64,000 nucleotides of DNA. Origin: the human T2T-CHM13v2.0 reference genome, Homo sapiens. Location: assembly GCF_009914755.1 (NCBI RefSeq), contig NC_060939.1. One strand, given 5' to 3'. Shown here one piece after another: positions 15,738 through 30,304 of this stretch (positions are counted from its first letter, which is position 1; each line of letters opens with the position of its first letter). The notes under the pieces are model-generated. The model did not search any database. It worked only from the letters and a program-made list of their open reading frames with translations, and was not told the DNA's origin. Both the position numbers and the translations under genes were made by a program.

Positions 15738-18700
15738 GCATTCTTTTCATGTTAGTGTGGAGTCTTGGTATTTTTGAATGGCATAATATTCCACCGTGCA
15801 GATGGTGCCTCATCACACCCGGGCATCCCCGTCACCCCAGGGTGCAGGCTGTGCTGTTGGGAGGTTTGGAAAGGAGAGGAACCCAAGGGTAGGCTCCAAA
15901 CAACACTCGGGCCAGGGAGGGCTCTCTCTTCTCCATTTGGGGTGTTTCTTGTTGATTTGTTTCCTTGTTTGTGGGAGCCTTGAGCAGGACTGGGGGCTTG
16001 CAGGAAGGCATGGGCGGCATGGGCAGAGCAGTCTTGCTCGTTTTGTTTGTGTGAAAGCTGCGCTCCTGGAGGCAGACCCCCAGGTGGCTGGAGGCCCTGA
16101 GGTCTGGAGCTCCCTTTTCTCCTTGCAGCCGAGTTGGCCCGGGCTGAGGCTCTAAGTCAGAGCCGTCCATGCATCAACTGCAAGAGAAAGGGAGAGTGTG
16201 GGGGCCCTGGGCTGGAGCAGAGACAGAAGGACCAAGCTCTGGGAGAAGTTGTGGCCTGGGTGCTGGCCGCCCCTGGAAGGAGTGCAGCTGGGGGCCCCTG
16301 GATGATAGCCCTCCTCCAGGGCACTATGATTACAACTCGGTGTTTGTTCATGCCCCCACCCAGGCCCCAGAGCCTGCCTGGCCTGGCTCCTGCTATGTGG
16401 GGTCAGATGCGAGGATGCTGAGCCCTGACCAGGAAGAAGGCAGTGGGGCACACCCACCCAGCCCACCACCCACCCTCTGCTGTCACGTGTCTGCCAGCCA
16501 AGAGGAGGCCCACAATGCGGCTTTGTGTGGCAGCTGGCTCTGAGCACACGCAGAGTGTCTGGGGCAGTCCTGGCCAGCAGTGCCAGCCCTGGAAGCCAGA
16601 GATGCCAGGTCGCGGAGGGAGGATCCACCCCGCCCAACCCCTCCAGGGCCTGGGGCCAGGCGCTCTCCAGGAAACACCTGGGCTGGCCAGGCTTCTTCAG
16701 GGGTCACCCAGGACCCCTGGAGGCTGTGTCTGGGGAACAGGAAACTTTCAGCGGAGGCCTGGCTGTCAGTCCCCAACTAGTAGGGCCTGTGGGGTACCCT
16801 GGGACCGCCAGGCCACCGGTTGGACCAACTCAGCCTGCCTTGGGATTCCTAACAGAGCTCCCTGGTCCTGGGTGAAATGAGAAAAAAGAGGACAGCTTTG
16901 CCCATGTCTGTAATGCTGAATGTTTCTATTATTTTTAATATGAGTTTTTTGAAATGTTAAAACATCCTTTTTAAATGAAATTATTATAGTGCCTAGAGAT
17001 TGTTTTTATGACAACATCCTTAATCGGCAAAATTAAAAGTCTCCAACTCTATTTTCAGCCTGTATAAAAATGTGGCTCCTGAAGCCCCCAAACATCGACC
17101 CCTCGGTGCTGGCTGGGCTGGCTGGGCGCCTCGTGCAGGCGCAGCTGGGCAGCCGTGGGGAACAGTTGGTGGGCAGCAGCCGGGAAGTCACGTCTGGAGG
17201 GCCCTGTGTGGGATGCCTCAGAGTTTCCCAGAGCTGGGTGGGGGTGGGGGCTCTCCTGAGCTGGGACCTTCTCCCATCTGGACCAGGGATGGCATTGACT
17301 CTCCCTTCCCTGCCCCTCCCCACCCCCACTGCCTTTGTTCACCTTGAGAACGCACACTTGTGCAGCCCTGCACAGCTCCCCTGCAGCCTGTGTGGGGCAA
17401 GGGCAGGGCCCTGGTGTCCAGCCCGGCTCTCAGGAACACCCTTGGCGATGCTGGGCAGGAAGCCCCTCCTCAGCTCCTCCCTTGGCAGATAAGGGTGGTG
17501 TCAATGGGCTCTCTACAGAGTCCGTCCTCTTTGGGTTGCCCTAGCATTGCTACAAACAGAGCATTCAGTAGGAAGGAACAGACCTTTTGCCCGAGTGACT
17601 TGGCCTGGATCTGAGAAAAACAGCCATCCTTCAGCCAGCAGGGACCATCCCCTGCTTCGTGGGGATGGCTGCTGTGTGTGGGCAGGCAGGGACAGCCCAT
17701 CTGCCACGGCTGCCCAGTGGCGAGGTCCCTTGGGGACCCTGCCGAGAAGTGAGTGCAGGGCCTTACTGTGACCAGCTCACCAAGAGATGTTATCGGGCCT
17801 GAAGCAGGTCCCGAGGGGATTAGGCCATCTGGAGTGAGGGGCTGGCAGGGAAATTGCTTCTCGTTCACAGAAATGTTTAAGAAACAAATCCAGAAAAGGC
17901 CTGTTTTGGTTATTTTTTTTTTTGAATGACACAGTAACGTGTCAAACTTAATTTAAGAAACACCCTCAGATATTTTTATTTTTTTTTTGCATTGGATTTG
18001 CATTGAGATTTTTTAAAAATGCAAAAGGGCCTTTCTACTGGGCCTGAATCTTGCAAGATTTCTAACCCATTTCAGTCCTGTAAATAATTAGGTGCAATTG
18101 GTTGCTGAGACTGATTTTCCCAGACCCGTGGAGAAAGGCCCCAGCCGTGAGGGGCTCTGGGAACTTAGGGGACAGCACCTTATGGACACCCCTACTCAGG
18201 AAGGGATCATTGAAGAGATGCTTCTGGGCCTGGAACATTCTCCGCCATCTGGACCTTTCTGTATGCATAGAGGGGACCAGTGGGAACTGTGGGACAGAGG
18301 GAGGTCTGCACACCCTCCCTGGACACCATGAGGCCCATCTTGGGTCCCCTGAGTCCAGACCAGCCCCCAAGAAGCTCACAGTCTGGTAGGAAGCCGAGGA
18401 GGCAAACGAACAGGAACAGCCCTAAATAACTGCACAGTGCCCAGGCTGCCAGGAGAGTGTGTGGGCAGAGAAGGCTCCCAGAGCAGAAAAAGGATGCTCA
18501 AGGATGTATTCCAGGCCAGGGAGCAGCGTGTGCGGGGGCCGTGCGGAATGGCGCATTCTGCAAAATGCAATGTGGCGTCTGGCTGGGGGGCCACTCCGCA
18601 CTCCCTGGCCTGGCTATGAGTCCAAGCCACCCAGGGGTGAGCTTCTGTAGAGCAGGAGTCCCTGGCTCTTCCCTGAGAGGGGACGTCATGGCCCCAGGTG

Positions 18701-21450
18701 TGGCTGGCAGAGGACCTGCAGGCTAGGGAAGAGGGCATGAGGTCAGCAGGTTAGAAGTGGCTGGGGAAGCACACGCAGGTCGCCTCTCTGTGGCAGTTGT
18801 CTCTTCTGTGAAGTTGAGACCGGTGGGGGAGATAAAGTACTAAGCACTGCAAATACAGAGATCCTTGGAGAAATCGAGTCACTGGAGTCTCCTCTAGGAA
18901 TGGGGGGCTGCTGGGGTGGGGCCAGTTCCAGGCACGGAGGGGGCTGAGGGACACAGCAGGACAGGCTCCAGACCATCCCCAAGTGGCCTGAAGGTGACCT
19001 CGACCCCCTCAGCTGCCTTGTGTGTGTCCCTCCGGCCCTGGCCCAGAAAGGAGATGGTGCATGCCTGTTTCTAGACCTCTAGACCCCTCGTGGGGTCCCT
19101 GGGCTCTCTCTGCCAGGGACAAGCAGGGGCACCTTGCTCCCTTTACAACTCCCACTGTCCAGCGAGAGTTGGAGCTCGCTGAGTGCCACATGCCGTTAGG
19201 ACCTAGGTGGGAGATGGGGGTGCCGAAGAGGGGATGGGGACTGTGGAGAAGTAGATGAAATTTCCCTAGGCTGGCTGGATGTGCCGCAAGTGTCTGAGCA
19301 GGGGCTAAGCCCACCCCCTTGAATCTCAGACGGAGCCACTGGGGCCCGGTGAGGCCCAACAATTGTCCCCAGAGCCTCAGAGTGCCTACAGGGCACAGTG
19401 GGAGGCAGCACTGAGCTGAAAGGAGCGTAATCTCTAAGCAGGTTTAACCTAAAATAGAGCCTGATAGCTCAATGACAGATGCTTAATTTGTCACAATATT
19501 TCTGTCATTATGCTGGGACAGATATTCTTGGTTTGTTCAAGAACAAGGTCTTTTTTTTTTTTTTTTTTTGAGTCATTATACAGCATAAAAGAGACCACAC
19601 CCCAAACAAGATTGGGACAGCGCTGGGCCCCTGAGCCAAGCCAAGAGGAATCACCCCGCCCACACAACCACCCCGCCCACACAGCCTTCCCTTCCCGGAG
19701 CCACGAGCCACAACCAGGCCTACCTGGCTGGAAGAGGGGCTTCAGGGGCTGACTCCACCTGGGAGTGGGTGAGGGGAGGTGACCTCAAGCTCCTTTAAAG
19801 CCTTGCCTCTCAACTCCTCACTCCCAAATCCCTCCAAAGGAGATAAAATGACTCCTATAAAGATTAGAGATCATGCACCAGCATGAATGCATGTGAAAAG
19901 TGACAGGAACACAAATTCATGCGATGGGGGTCTCAGACTTTTGTCTACCACCAACTGAGAGTGATAAGGCCCAAGAGGGCCCCCTGCAGAGCTGCCTGCA
20001 AGAGATGTTGCTCTGCCTTCAAACGTCATGGGATGATGTGTGCTATTCAGCATACTCCTGTGTTTGTTTTCACTAGTTTGTAAAAGGCGTTTTCAAGCAC
20101 TCACCATTGCCTGTGGAGTGTGGCTCACCCTCCCTGCCCACCCCAGAACACAGTTTGAGAACTAAGCTATTGAAGATGGACCCTTCCCCAAGCCCCAAGC
20201 CTAGCGCCTCTCCGTTTCTAGCCCAGCTAAGGGATGGGACCATAGCCCTGTAGCACTAGTGTGAGTGGGAGCCGGAGCCAGCCTGGCCTGCACCCCCACC
20301 CCCCAGCCAGGCACAGCCTGGAGTGGGAGGGCACCGCCTGAGAACCTGCAGGAGGAAGACCACTGGGGACGTCGCCAGAAATTGGCAGCCATGGAGACAG
20401 TGGCCCTTCCCCTCGGTGAGGCCCTGAATAGCCTTGCTAGTTCCTGCCCCCTGTATAGCCCACAAGGCCAGTCTCACCAGGGAAAATGGGACACTGCATC
20501 CCAGGCCCATGGGGACAGAGGGGTGCTGCCCGCTGGGCCTGGCTGGGCTGGCTGGGGTGGCTGCACCCAGGGGTCAGAGTTCATCTTCGGCCTTTCTCTG
20601 CAGGGTCAGGCCTGGGAGGTGCTGGCCACCACAGTCATAGTCCAACCAGCTCAGCCAGCAATGTCCAGAGTGACGCTGGCTTCATGCCACGGGACAAGGC
20701 CAGTGGTCAGGGTGGTGCCTTCCTGGGAAATGGCTCTTTTTTGGAGAGACAGCCATGATAGAATGACTTTGCAAGCTGGAAGGGCTGGGATGGGGCTGGG
20801 GTTGGGGTGGAGGTGGGGGCGAGGGTACTTAGAAAGCAATGAACAGCATCTGGTGGGGACTCACACCTGTGTTCACGCAGTGGGCACCTGTGGGCAGCTT
20901 GGCCAAATAGCCCCGAGAGACCAAGCAACTTTCCTGCCCAATGAAATGCAATCTGCTTTCTTCCTTTTCTCTAGTCATTATTTATTCATTTGAAAGATGC
21001 TTTTATGATAGAAATTCAGGGCTGCACACAGGCGTCTCTAATGAGGGCATTCGGGAGCAGAGAAGGGGACCAGGCATCCCCGCTGGGCGTGCTGGGAGAG
21101 GCTAACAGCCTTCACGCTTTGGAGAGCCCTCAGCCTGCTTCAAAGCTCCTAGCCTTTCTCAATTTCTCCTCCAAGGCATCACAGGGCAGCGGTGTGCGGA
21201 TCAGATCCTACTTTTACAGGTTAGGTGGCTGAGGCCTCCATTCCCCGGGTTACAGAGACACCTGCCCGGAGGGAGCCCTGCTGGTGGCCTGCATCCTCTC
21301 CCTGGGTTCTGGCGCAGCTCACAGTCTGAAAATTACAACTCCCTGTTGTTGCTATGGTGACTGGTTGTGTTATTCTAGCCTACAGAGCTGTGTGCTCCAC
21401 CTTGCCCAAGATGGTCTGTTTTTGCAGGAGAAAGTCTCTATCTCCAAGTC

Positions 21451-21453
21451 TCT

Positions 21454-21517
<64 letters not shown>

Positions 21518-21535
21518 AGAAAGGAGAGAGAGAGA
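21451..21535. repeat. Compound microsatellite (TG)18-(AG)n
   Basis: Directly visible. Confidence 0.97.
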
Positions 21536-21999
21536 AATGGGCACACTGCCCTTCCTGCTGCCCCAACCTTTTCCCTGGGCCCAGTGGACCTTCTGTCCCT
21601 GCCCAGCAGGCTGCCTGGGTCCCCAAGATACTGGCCCCATTCCTTTCATAGGACACCGACTCTGGGCCACAGGCACTGGCTGTGCAGGGGTCCTTCCTTT
21701 GTGTCTCCTTGTGAGGTCAGATCCCTGTGTCAGTGCACAAAGGGCACCCCGTTCTTGTTTCATTTGCAGACTACTCTGTGACATGGATGGACAGACCATC
21801 ATCTATTTAACCAGGCTCTCTAGATGGACAGTTGGGCTGTTTCCAATCTCTGGTCATCACAAATCTGTGAAAAATAACCTTGAACATATGTCATTTTGCA
21901 CATGTGGGAATATGTGTAGAATAAACTCCTAGAAGTAGCATTATTGGGAAATTAGTATCTGCATTTCTAAGTTTGGAAATTTTTGCAAATTGCTGTCCG

Positions 22000-22190
22000 T
22001 TGATATCATCCATTGTGAGCCTAGTACATGCTGAACACTGAACTCAACATTTTATCTGGATTATTTTATTTCGTCTCACCGTGGCCCTAAAATGGAGCTT
22101 ATTCCGATGCTGGTTTTACAGATAAGCACACAGATGCTCAGAAAAACTCAGCAACATGCCAAATAGCCATCTGGGCTGGTGGGGTGGGGT
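22000..22190. mobile_element. MIR fragment
   Basis: ttttacagataagcacacagatgctcagaaaa resembles the MIR core. Confidence 0.55.
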
Positions 22191-23259
22191 CGGGATGGAC
22201 CCTGAGTCTCCAGGCCCCTGTCAGGCCCTTTCCTAAGGGCACACAGGCCCAGCCCTGGGGCACCTGCCCCGCCCAGAGGGCCTGGACCCTTGACCTGTTC
22301 TCCAAGCCCCATTCAAGCATGCAAGCCTTGTGCACCAGGAGCCCGCAGACGGGCCCTCCTCACACCAGCCAGGCTCTCCTGGAACCAGTCACCGGCCACC
22401 CCATTGGGGCCTTGGGATGCACAGTCCTTCTGCCCCTGAGGCTCTCCCCCATGAGATGCTGTCCTCAGCCGGGCTGGCTGGTCCGAACTTGGGAGCTTGG
22501 CTTGCTCGGAGGGGTCTCCTCGCTCAGCCCTCTCCCAGCTCCCCAGTCTCCTTCTTCCAGGCCAGCTGCACACTTTGGGGTGATGTCCTCCAGCCTCTGC
22601 ATCTTTCCTGGTCAGACTGTGAGTTCTGAGCCTCCGGGCCTGCGTCCCAGGCCCAGCATGATGCTCACCAAGCCGGGTGCAGGAGAGGACAATGGGAGAG
22701 GCAGGGCAGGCCCAGGGAAGCTAGGAGCCACCGCCTTTCCCGGGAGGGCCCTGGCTTCCTCTGAATCACAAAGTGGTTAGCATGCAGGGGAGTGCGCCGG
22801 TCCCCCGCCTGTATTTGCATGACAAAAGCGCCTGCCCAACGGCTCTCGGTGGCTTTGTTGAGAGCTGCAGCCTCGCTCAGGCTGAGCCTTGGGAATTGTT
22901 CCCCGACATTGGTTGTTCCTGGGCTCCACAGCTACCCCGGCCGACAAAAGCCACATTGTGGGGCTGACGGCAGCTGCCAGCACCTGCTCCCTGCACCGCG
23001 GCTGCCTCGAGGCTCTGCGCCGCGCCTGATGCCTTTGCTAGGACACAGCCAGGGGCAGACCCCGAGGCCCTGGGCATCATCCAGAACACATTGTGAGGGG
23101 TGGGGTGGGTGGTGGGGGAAACTTGCCTGGTTCCCAAAGGGCCTGGGGGGATGGCCTGGGGCTGGCCATGGCGAGGTGAGGACTCCAAGGTCACCAGTGT
23201 AGGCTGGAAGAGGGAAGAAAACCACAAACCCCAAGCGTGCGGCGCCCACGCTGCAGCAT

Positions 23260-23400
23260 TGCATTATTTGATGCTTCGCTCACAACAGGTGTTTTTCTTA
23301 CTCTTCAAATGGGGAAACAGGCTCAGAGAGGTTCACTAGCCAGCCCAGTATCACACAGCAGAGCCGAGGTTTGAAGGTCCCGGCCCCTCGGGGCATGCTT
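23260..23400. mobile_element. MIR fragment
   Basis: caaatggggaaacaggctcagagaggttcactagccagcccagtatcacacagc is MIR core. Confidence 0.7.
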
Positions 23401-25581
23401 CTCACAGTGGTCCCAGAGTTTCCCTGGCCCTTTCCCCTTTCCCTTCTGAGCTTCTCAGTCCTTTCTCTCTCTCCTCAATGGCCTTGCCACAGCATCCAGC
23501 TGCCTTGGCGGCAAGCACAGTGCCCTCCGCCCTCGCTGCGTCCCTGGGGTGCCTGCCGTCAGTGGCATCCCCTTCCTTGTGGAGCACTTCCCCCTTCCTC
23601 ACTGGTCCTGGGGCTGTGTCCATTACATACCACTCCCTTGTGTCTTTTATGGATCCACAAACTCCTGTTAGCCCACCGAGCCCTGTGCACCCCTCCTCTT
23701 CCCCAGAAGCTCCTCCTGAGCCCTGCTGCCTTCTCTCCATGCATGGTCCTGTGTCCCGGCTGTGAGCACCTGCATTTTGGCACCTGGTACCTAGCCCAGA
23801 AGCTCCACCTCAGTGCCTGCAATCAGCCAGTGCTCATGAAACTAAATTAACTTCACGACTGTATTCCAAATGCAAATGTTGTCGCTACTCTGACTTACAG
23901 GAGAAAGTCTTAACTAGTGCTTGCCTCTGGCTCACCTGAAGGGGCTAGGGCCGTGCCAGTCACAGATGCGAAGGCCTCCGCACACCCGCAGGCAGCGGCC
24001 TTTCCTGAGGCCTTGACAGAGACAGGAACTGTGTAGGAAAAGCTGTGTTGAAGGCCATCCCCTCCAGAGATCAGAGCAGGGAAGGGGGCCATTACCACTG
24101 AGTCACCCTGGGGTGGGAAGGCTGTGCAGCAAACCTGCAAACAGCATGAGGAGAGGAGCCCTGAAAGCCACCGCCTGCTCCTGAGGGACACAGCCCACCT
24201 GCAGAGACTCTGGGGGAGGCTCCCTCCTTCTTTCTCCCGGGGATCTCCTGCTGGGACTCCCTGAAGTCCAAAACCAACCAGAGGGAGGTCAAAGGAGTCC
24301 ATGATGCACCCAGTGGACTGGGGTAGAGGTGTGTCCTCTGAGGAGCCAGGAGCACAGCCCCCAGGGGAAAGGTTGGCCCAGCTGGAGGTGACACTATGAC
24401 TAGGAAACAGGGCTGTGGGAAGGATCAACATGCAGCAGGTGCAGAAGCCAGAGCTCAGGAGGAGAAAGGCCCAGCAGCCTCAACAAGAAAGGGAGGTGTG
24501 GGGAAGACCCCAAGGAGAGGCTGCAGGTGGGCCGGGCCAGCAGGAGAGCTGTGGGCGGGACCTCAGTGTCACAGCCCAGGAGGAGCTGAGCCCTTGCCTG
24601 GGCCCCACCCTCCCCTGCCTGCACCCCTGCTGCACAACCATTCAGCTTGTGGGGGAAGACAGAGCCAGCTGCAGGCTGTGGGGAGAAGGACCGGTGCTTG
24701 CCCTCCTTTTAGGTCCCAGGGACTCCCCCATCGCACCTGCGAGGAAGCTTTTGGGGGTCAGAGCTGCCTTGATCAAGCTTACAGTGAGCTTGAAAACCCT
24801 CGGACACACAGGCTAACAATTCTCACCAGGAAAACCCTGGGACATCTCAGAGAGGCAGAAGGGAGTTGTGGAATTAGAAACATTTCATCCTCTGCTCCCC
24901 CACTACTGGGAAAGCAAAAACCCACACCTCAGAGCATGCTCATTTGCTACGTATCCAATTAAACCTTAAAGGGCACTTGGAATTTGAATGAGTTCCCCAA
25001 ATTGTCCCAAGTTATGCAACTGAGTCAGAATTCAGGGTCTGTAATAAGACCCCGGGGGTGGCCCACACTGGATGGGCTGATCCAATGGATGTGCCCAGCC
25101 ACTCTCCGGTGCCACCTCCCCTACAAGAGCTGCCAGGTCAGAAACTTGCTTCCCCCATCTCCCCCAGTGCTGGCGGGGACAAGCACCCTGTGGCCAGTAA
25201 AGTGAAGCAGAAGTCTTCTGGAAAAGCAGCTTCTTCTTACGGAGGGCACAGGTTGCTGGCTTCTACCAGCCTCCCCGGGCTTCTGACTCCAGCTGCAGAC
25301 CTGGAGCAGTGACAAGTGTCTCTAGAGCAGAAAGCCAACACTTTAAGGATGGTAGAGGAGCCGGGTCCCTGTGGGCACCCCTGAGCCACTTCCCTGGCCC
25401 TGGGAAGGCCCACCTGCCAACCTCTTATGATGGGAGACCCCTGTTTGTTTAACTGGCTGTCAACTGATCTAACAGATCAACAGGCTCCAACATAGGTCCC
25501 GGGCGTGGCTTTGTGTGGCCCACTGTGTCTCTTGCAGCAGGTTTCCCTCCTGTGCAGGGGGCCTAATTCCTGCATCATGGA

Positions 25582-26215
25582 GTGTCTTATCAGCTCAGGA
25601 GGCTATTACAAAATAGCACAGACTGGGTGGCTTATTTCTCACTGTTCTGGGGCTGGGAAGTCCAAGATCCAGGCGCCAGCAGCGGGCTTTCTCCCTGGCA
25701 TGGAGATGGCCGTCTTCCTCCTGTTACCGCACATGGTGGAGATGTTCTCTCTCTCTCTTCTCTCTCCTCCCTCTCTTCTTAAAAAGTCACGAATCCAGCT
25801 GGGCACGGTGACTCATGCCTGTAATCCCAGCACTTTGGGAGGCTGAGGCAGGTGGATCACCTGAGGTCAGGAGTTCGAGACCAGCCTGGCCAACATGGCG
25901 AAACCCCAACTCTACTAAAATCACAAAAATTAGCCGGGTCTGGTGGTGGGCGTCTGCAATTCCAGCTACTCGGGAGGCTGAGGCAGGAGAATCGCTTGAA
26001 CACAGGAAGTAGAGGTTTCATTGAGCTATGATTGTGCCACTGCACTCCAGCCTGGGTGATAGAGCAAGACTCCATCTCAAAAAAAAAAAAGGTCACTAAT
26101 GCTATCCTGAAGACTCCGCACTCATGACCTAATCACCTCCCAAAGGCCACCGTCACACTGGGGGTTGGGGCCTCAACACATAAATTTGGGGATGTGGGGA
26201 CCAAATTCAATCTGT
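25582..26215 (-). mobile_element. MaLR LTR (MLT1A/B-like) split by an Alu
   Basis: tgtctt...ggctgggaagtccaagatccaggcgccagca...ctcatgacctaatcacctcccaaaggcc. Confidence 0.8.
25797..26087 (+). mobile_element. AluS (Sx-like)
   Basis: Full dimer with A tail; imperfect TSD aaaaagtcacgaatcc/aaaggtcactaatgc. Confidence 0.96.
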
Positions 26216-26756
26216 GGGGATGAGACAGGAGCCTGAGAAGCCTGAGTGCTTGGTGTCATGATGGGTGGACAAATGTAGACGATTTCCTAGTAATCACCAA
26301 TTTCTTCCAGACATAACCCCCTGCCTTCTGGAGAGCACACTGGGGGAAGACGAGGGGTACTCTTTTTTTGTCTTATCTCTAAGAAAGGATGGGAGGGTGA
26401 CTGGGTGGGGGCAGGGCTACAGATGGCTGTGAGCCTGAGAACAGCCCCATGGCCTAGGGTCGCTGAGAGTGGGGCTGGAGGTCTGTGGTCCTGGAAGCAA
26501 ACTTCTTAAAGGGCAGGAAAACCAAAGGTGCCTTTGTCAGAGCTTAGCTGTATCTTTACAGACAACGGTGGCAGTGAGAGGATGAAATGTTCTGGTCCCT
26601 GCAGCTCCCTTCTCCACCCTCACCGGCACTCTCCCAACACACCCCGAAGAGGTGGGTAGGCTCCAGAAAAGCCCTAACATGGGGTATGACCAGGGTGAGA
26701 GTGCAGCATTCTGAAGACAGAGATCTCAGTTTGGTTGATAAAGAAGCAATATTTAA

Positions 26757-27133
<377 letters not shown>

Positions 27134-27384
27134 TCATAGATTAACAATAAAGTTCTTCAGTCCAATACAGGCTCTGCGGCTATCCAAGAGCAAGTCCTCC
27201 TTTTTTGCAAATGTGTAGGGCAAAGTGTTGTGATGTCAGCAGCTGACTTTCAAATCATTTCAAAAAATATAGAGATATAGACAGAGAGATGGAAAGAGAA
27301 ATACAGTGAACATGGCAATCACTGAAGAGCCGGCGAATCAGAGTAAAGCGTGTTCTTTGCACTACTCTTTTGGCTTCTGGTTGA

Positions 27385-27686
<302 letters not shown>

Positions 27687-28980
27687 TGAAAATTTTTGAA
27701 ACAGAATGTTGAGGAGAAAAACAGGAGCTGCTAGGCTCTCTGCTGTATCCCCTGACTTTGAAGGCATGTGTCCTGGACAGTCCTGGCATTCTGGGCACTG
27801 CCCTCTCACCCTGCTGCAGCCCCGGGTGGTCGTCTCCTGTGGATCAAGTGCCTTGCAGAGCCCTCTTCAGCACCGAGGAGATATTTATGTGGCAGCCCCA
27901 TGAGAGGCAGGACGATGCTCCCCACTTTAGGATGAGGGCGCCAGGCATTTGGGGCAGTCCAGCCAGGACTCCAGCCCAGCCTCTGCCCTGCACAGCGCAC
28001 CTTGGGCAGCCCCTGGGGGCCCCAGAAGCTTCTTGGCTGCAGCTGCGTGCTTCTCACCGTGCTCCCCTGACAGACTGGATCTGAGATCTTCCCCGGGGCA
28101 GCCCACTCTGCTGACCAGGGTTGCAAGGTGGCCTGCTGGGAGAACCAATGGCAGAGCCACCAGCTGCCCACCAGATCTCCCCCAGTGGGTCTGTCCCTGC
28201 AGATTCAGAGAGTCAGCAGAGGGTGCTGAAGCTGAGCCATGAGGCTGCTAGGAGAGGAAGCCCTGGGATGCTAAGAGCCAAAGGGGCAAAGCCAGCAGAG
28301 AGGGGCAGCTGCAGCATCTGCAAGAGAAAGGATGAGAGCCAGGAGAGGGGGCTGCCCACAGCAGTCACTGCCAGGTGGTCCTCCTGTCTGAGCATCCAGT
28401 TGTCCTTCCCCAAGCCTTGTTTCTGCAGGTCCCTCCAGCAGAGCTCCCAAGGCCCCCTGGTGAGCTCTGCTCACTGCATCCTCGCAAGGGGCTGCGTTGG
28501 GTCCAGACTTGGCACTGGAGAGGGCCGTATGTGCGAGGGGCAGCCCTGCTGCGGGAAGAGAGGACCTCCTTATTCTCTCTTATTATGTAGCCGGAGGACG
28601 CAGCAGGGTGGGTGCAGAAGCTCCTCTGCCCGTGGGGGGCTCCTGGGCCACCGGCAAGGCTCTGGGTCCCGGGCAGTGGGTGGAGGGAGAGCAGAAGGCA
28701 GCAAGGGTTCCTCTCTCCCAGTTCGGGGTCTCTTGGAAATCACAGATATCGTGCTGGGCCCTTAGATCCCACGGACCCAAGTGTGGTCTCCTGGCACGCC
28801 CAGCTGCCAGGGAGGTTGGCGAGTCAGGGATTTGTATTTTTTTCCCCCTTATCTCTGCTCAGAGGCCCTTGGGAAGATATACCCACGGTGAAGGAAGAGG
28901 GCCTAGAAATACCATGATGGAGTCTATATAAGCCAGTTGTGAAAAAAGAACTATGGTGAGCTTATCTTTTAGGATCTGTG

Positions 28981-29300
<320 letters not shown>

Positions 29301-29319
29301 AGGATCTGTGTTTATCTGG

Positions 29320-29765
29320 TAGTAACCTTGGCTTAAATATCAAGAAATATCAAGATATGTCAGTCCTCCACCCCCCTCAATAAAAGAAGTTCAGTGTTAG
29401 GCAGTCCAAGTAAGTTATGGGAGGCTCCATGATGTCACCAGGGACCCAGGCTTCATTCCACTTTCCCTTTGATTTTTAGCATATGATTTCCAGTCTCAGA
29501 GTTGCCTCATATTCACAAAATGGCTGCTGGAGTACCAGCTATCACATTTGCATTCCAAACAGCCAGTAACAGGAAGAGGCAAAGGGTACATTTTAGCTAC
29601 TTGTTCCCATTCTTAAAAAGCTTTTGGCAAGCCTTACCTAACAACTTCTGTTTATATCTCAGTAACCTCCAATTCTTTCAAGGGAGGCTGGGAAATGTTT
29701 TTTAGCCAGGTACCTTGCTGCTTAGAATACAGTTACAGAAGGAAGGGATTAACAGATACTGGACA
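29320..29765 (-). mobile_element. Old MaLR LTR (MLT1J/K-like)
   Basis: ggctccatgatgtcaccagggacccaggctt...cacaaaatggctgctggagtaccagctatcac...aagggaggctgggaaatg. Confidence 0.65.
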
Positions 29766-29767
29766 GG

Positions 29768-30304
29768 TGTGGTGGTTTTGAAAGATGTCTCCAAATGTTT
29801 GGAAGTTTCTCCCTTCAAAAGGCAGAGCCAAATTTCCCTCCCTTTGAATCTGGGCCAGACTTAGTAACTCAGAAGAGCCAACTAATAAATAGGGTAAAAG
29901 TGATGCTCTGTGATGTCTGAAGCTAGGCCATAAAAAGAACAGCTGTTCCCTCTTGATCACTTGCTCTAGGTCAGGAAAGCCAGCTGCCATGTTATGAGGA
30001 TGCTCAAGCAGCTCTGTGGAAAAGTCCAAGTGGGAAGGAACTGAGGTTTCCCACTAACAGCCAGTGCTAACTTTCCAGCTGTGTGAGTTACTGTCATGGA
30101 AGCAGATTCTCCAACCCCAATCTGGGGCAACAGCAGCCCCAGTCAATGTCATGACTATAATCTCATGAGAGACCCCAAGCCAGCATCCCCCACTGTAGCC
30201 ACTCCCAAATCCACAGAAACTGCAAACATGGTAGTAAATGTTTATTGTTACTTTAAGCCACTACGTTTTGGGGTATTTGGTTATGCAGCAATAGCTGCCT
30301 AACA
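29768..30304 (+). mobile_element. MaLR LTR (MLT1F/G-like)
   Basis: TG start tgtggtggttttgaaag; tttaagccactacgttttggggtatttggttatgcagcaatag...taaca end. Confidence 0.8.

Noticed and set aside
20265-20993. 242-aa ORF, also 198 aa at 22184 and 214 aa at 28121
   Set aside because: No recognisable family, exon structure or pseudogene hallmarks; GC-rich background makes such ORFs common.
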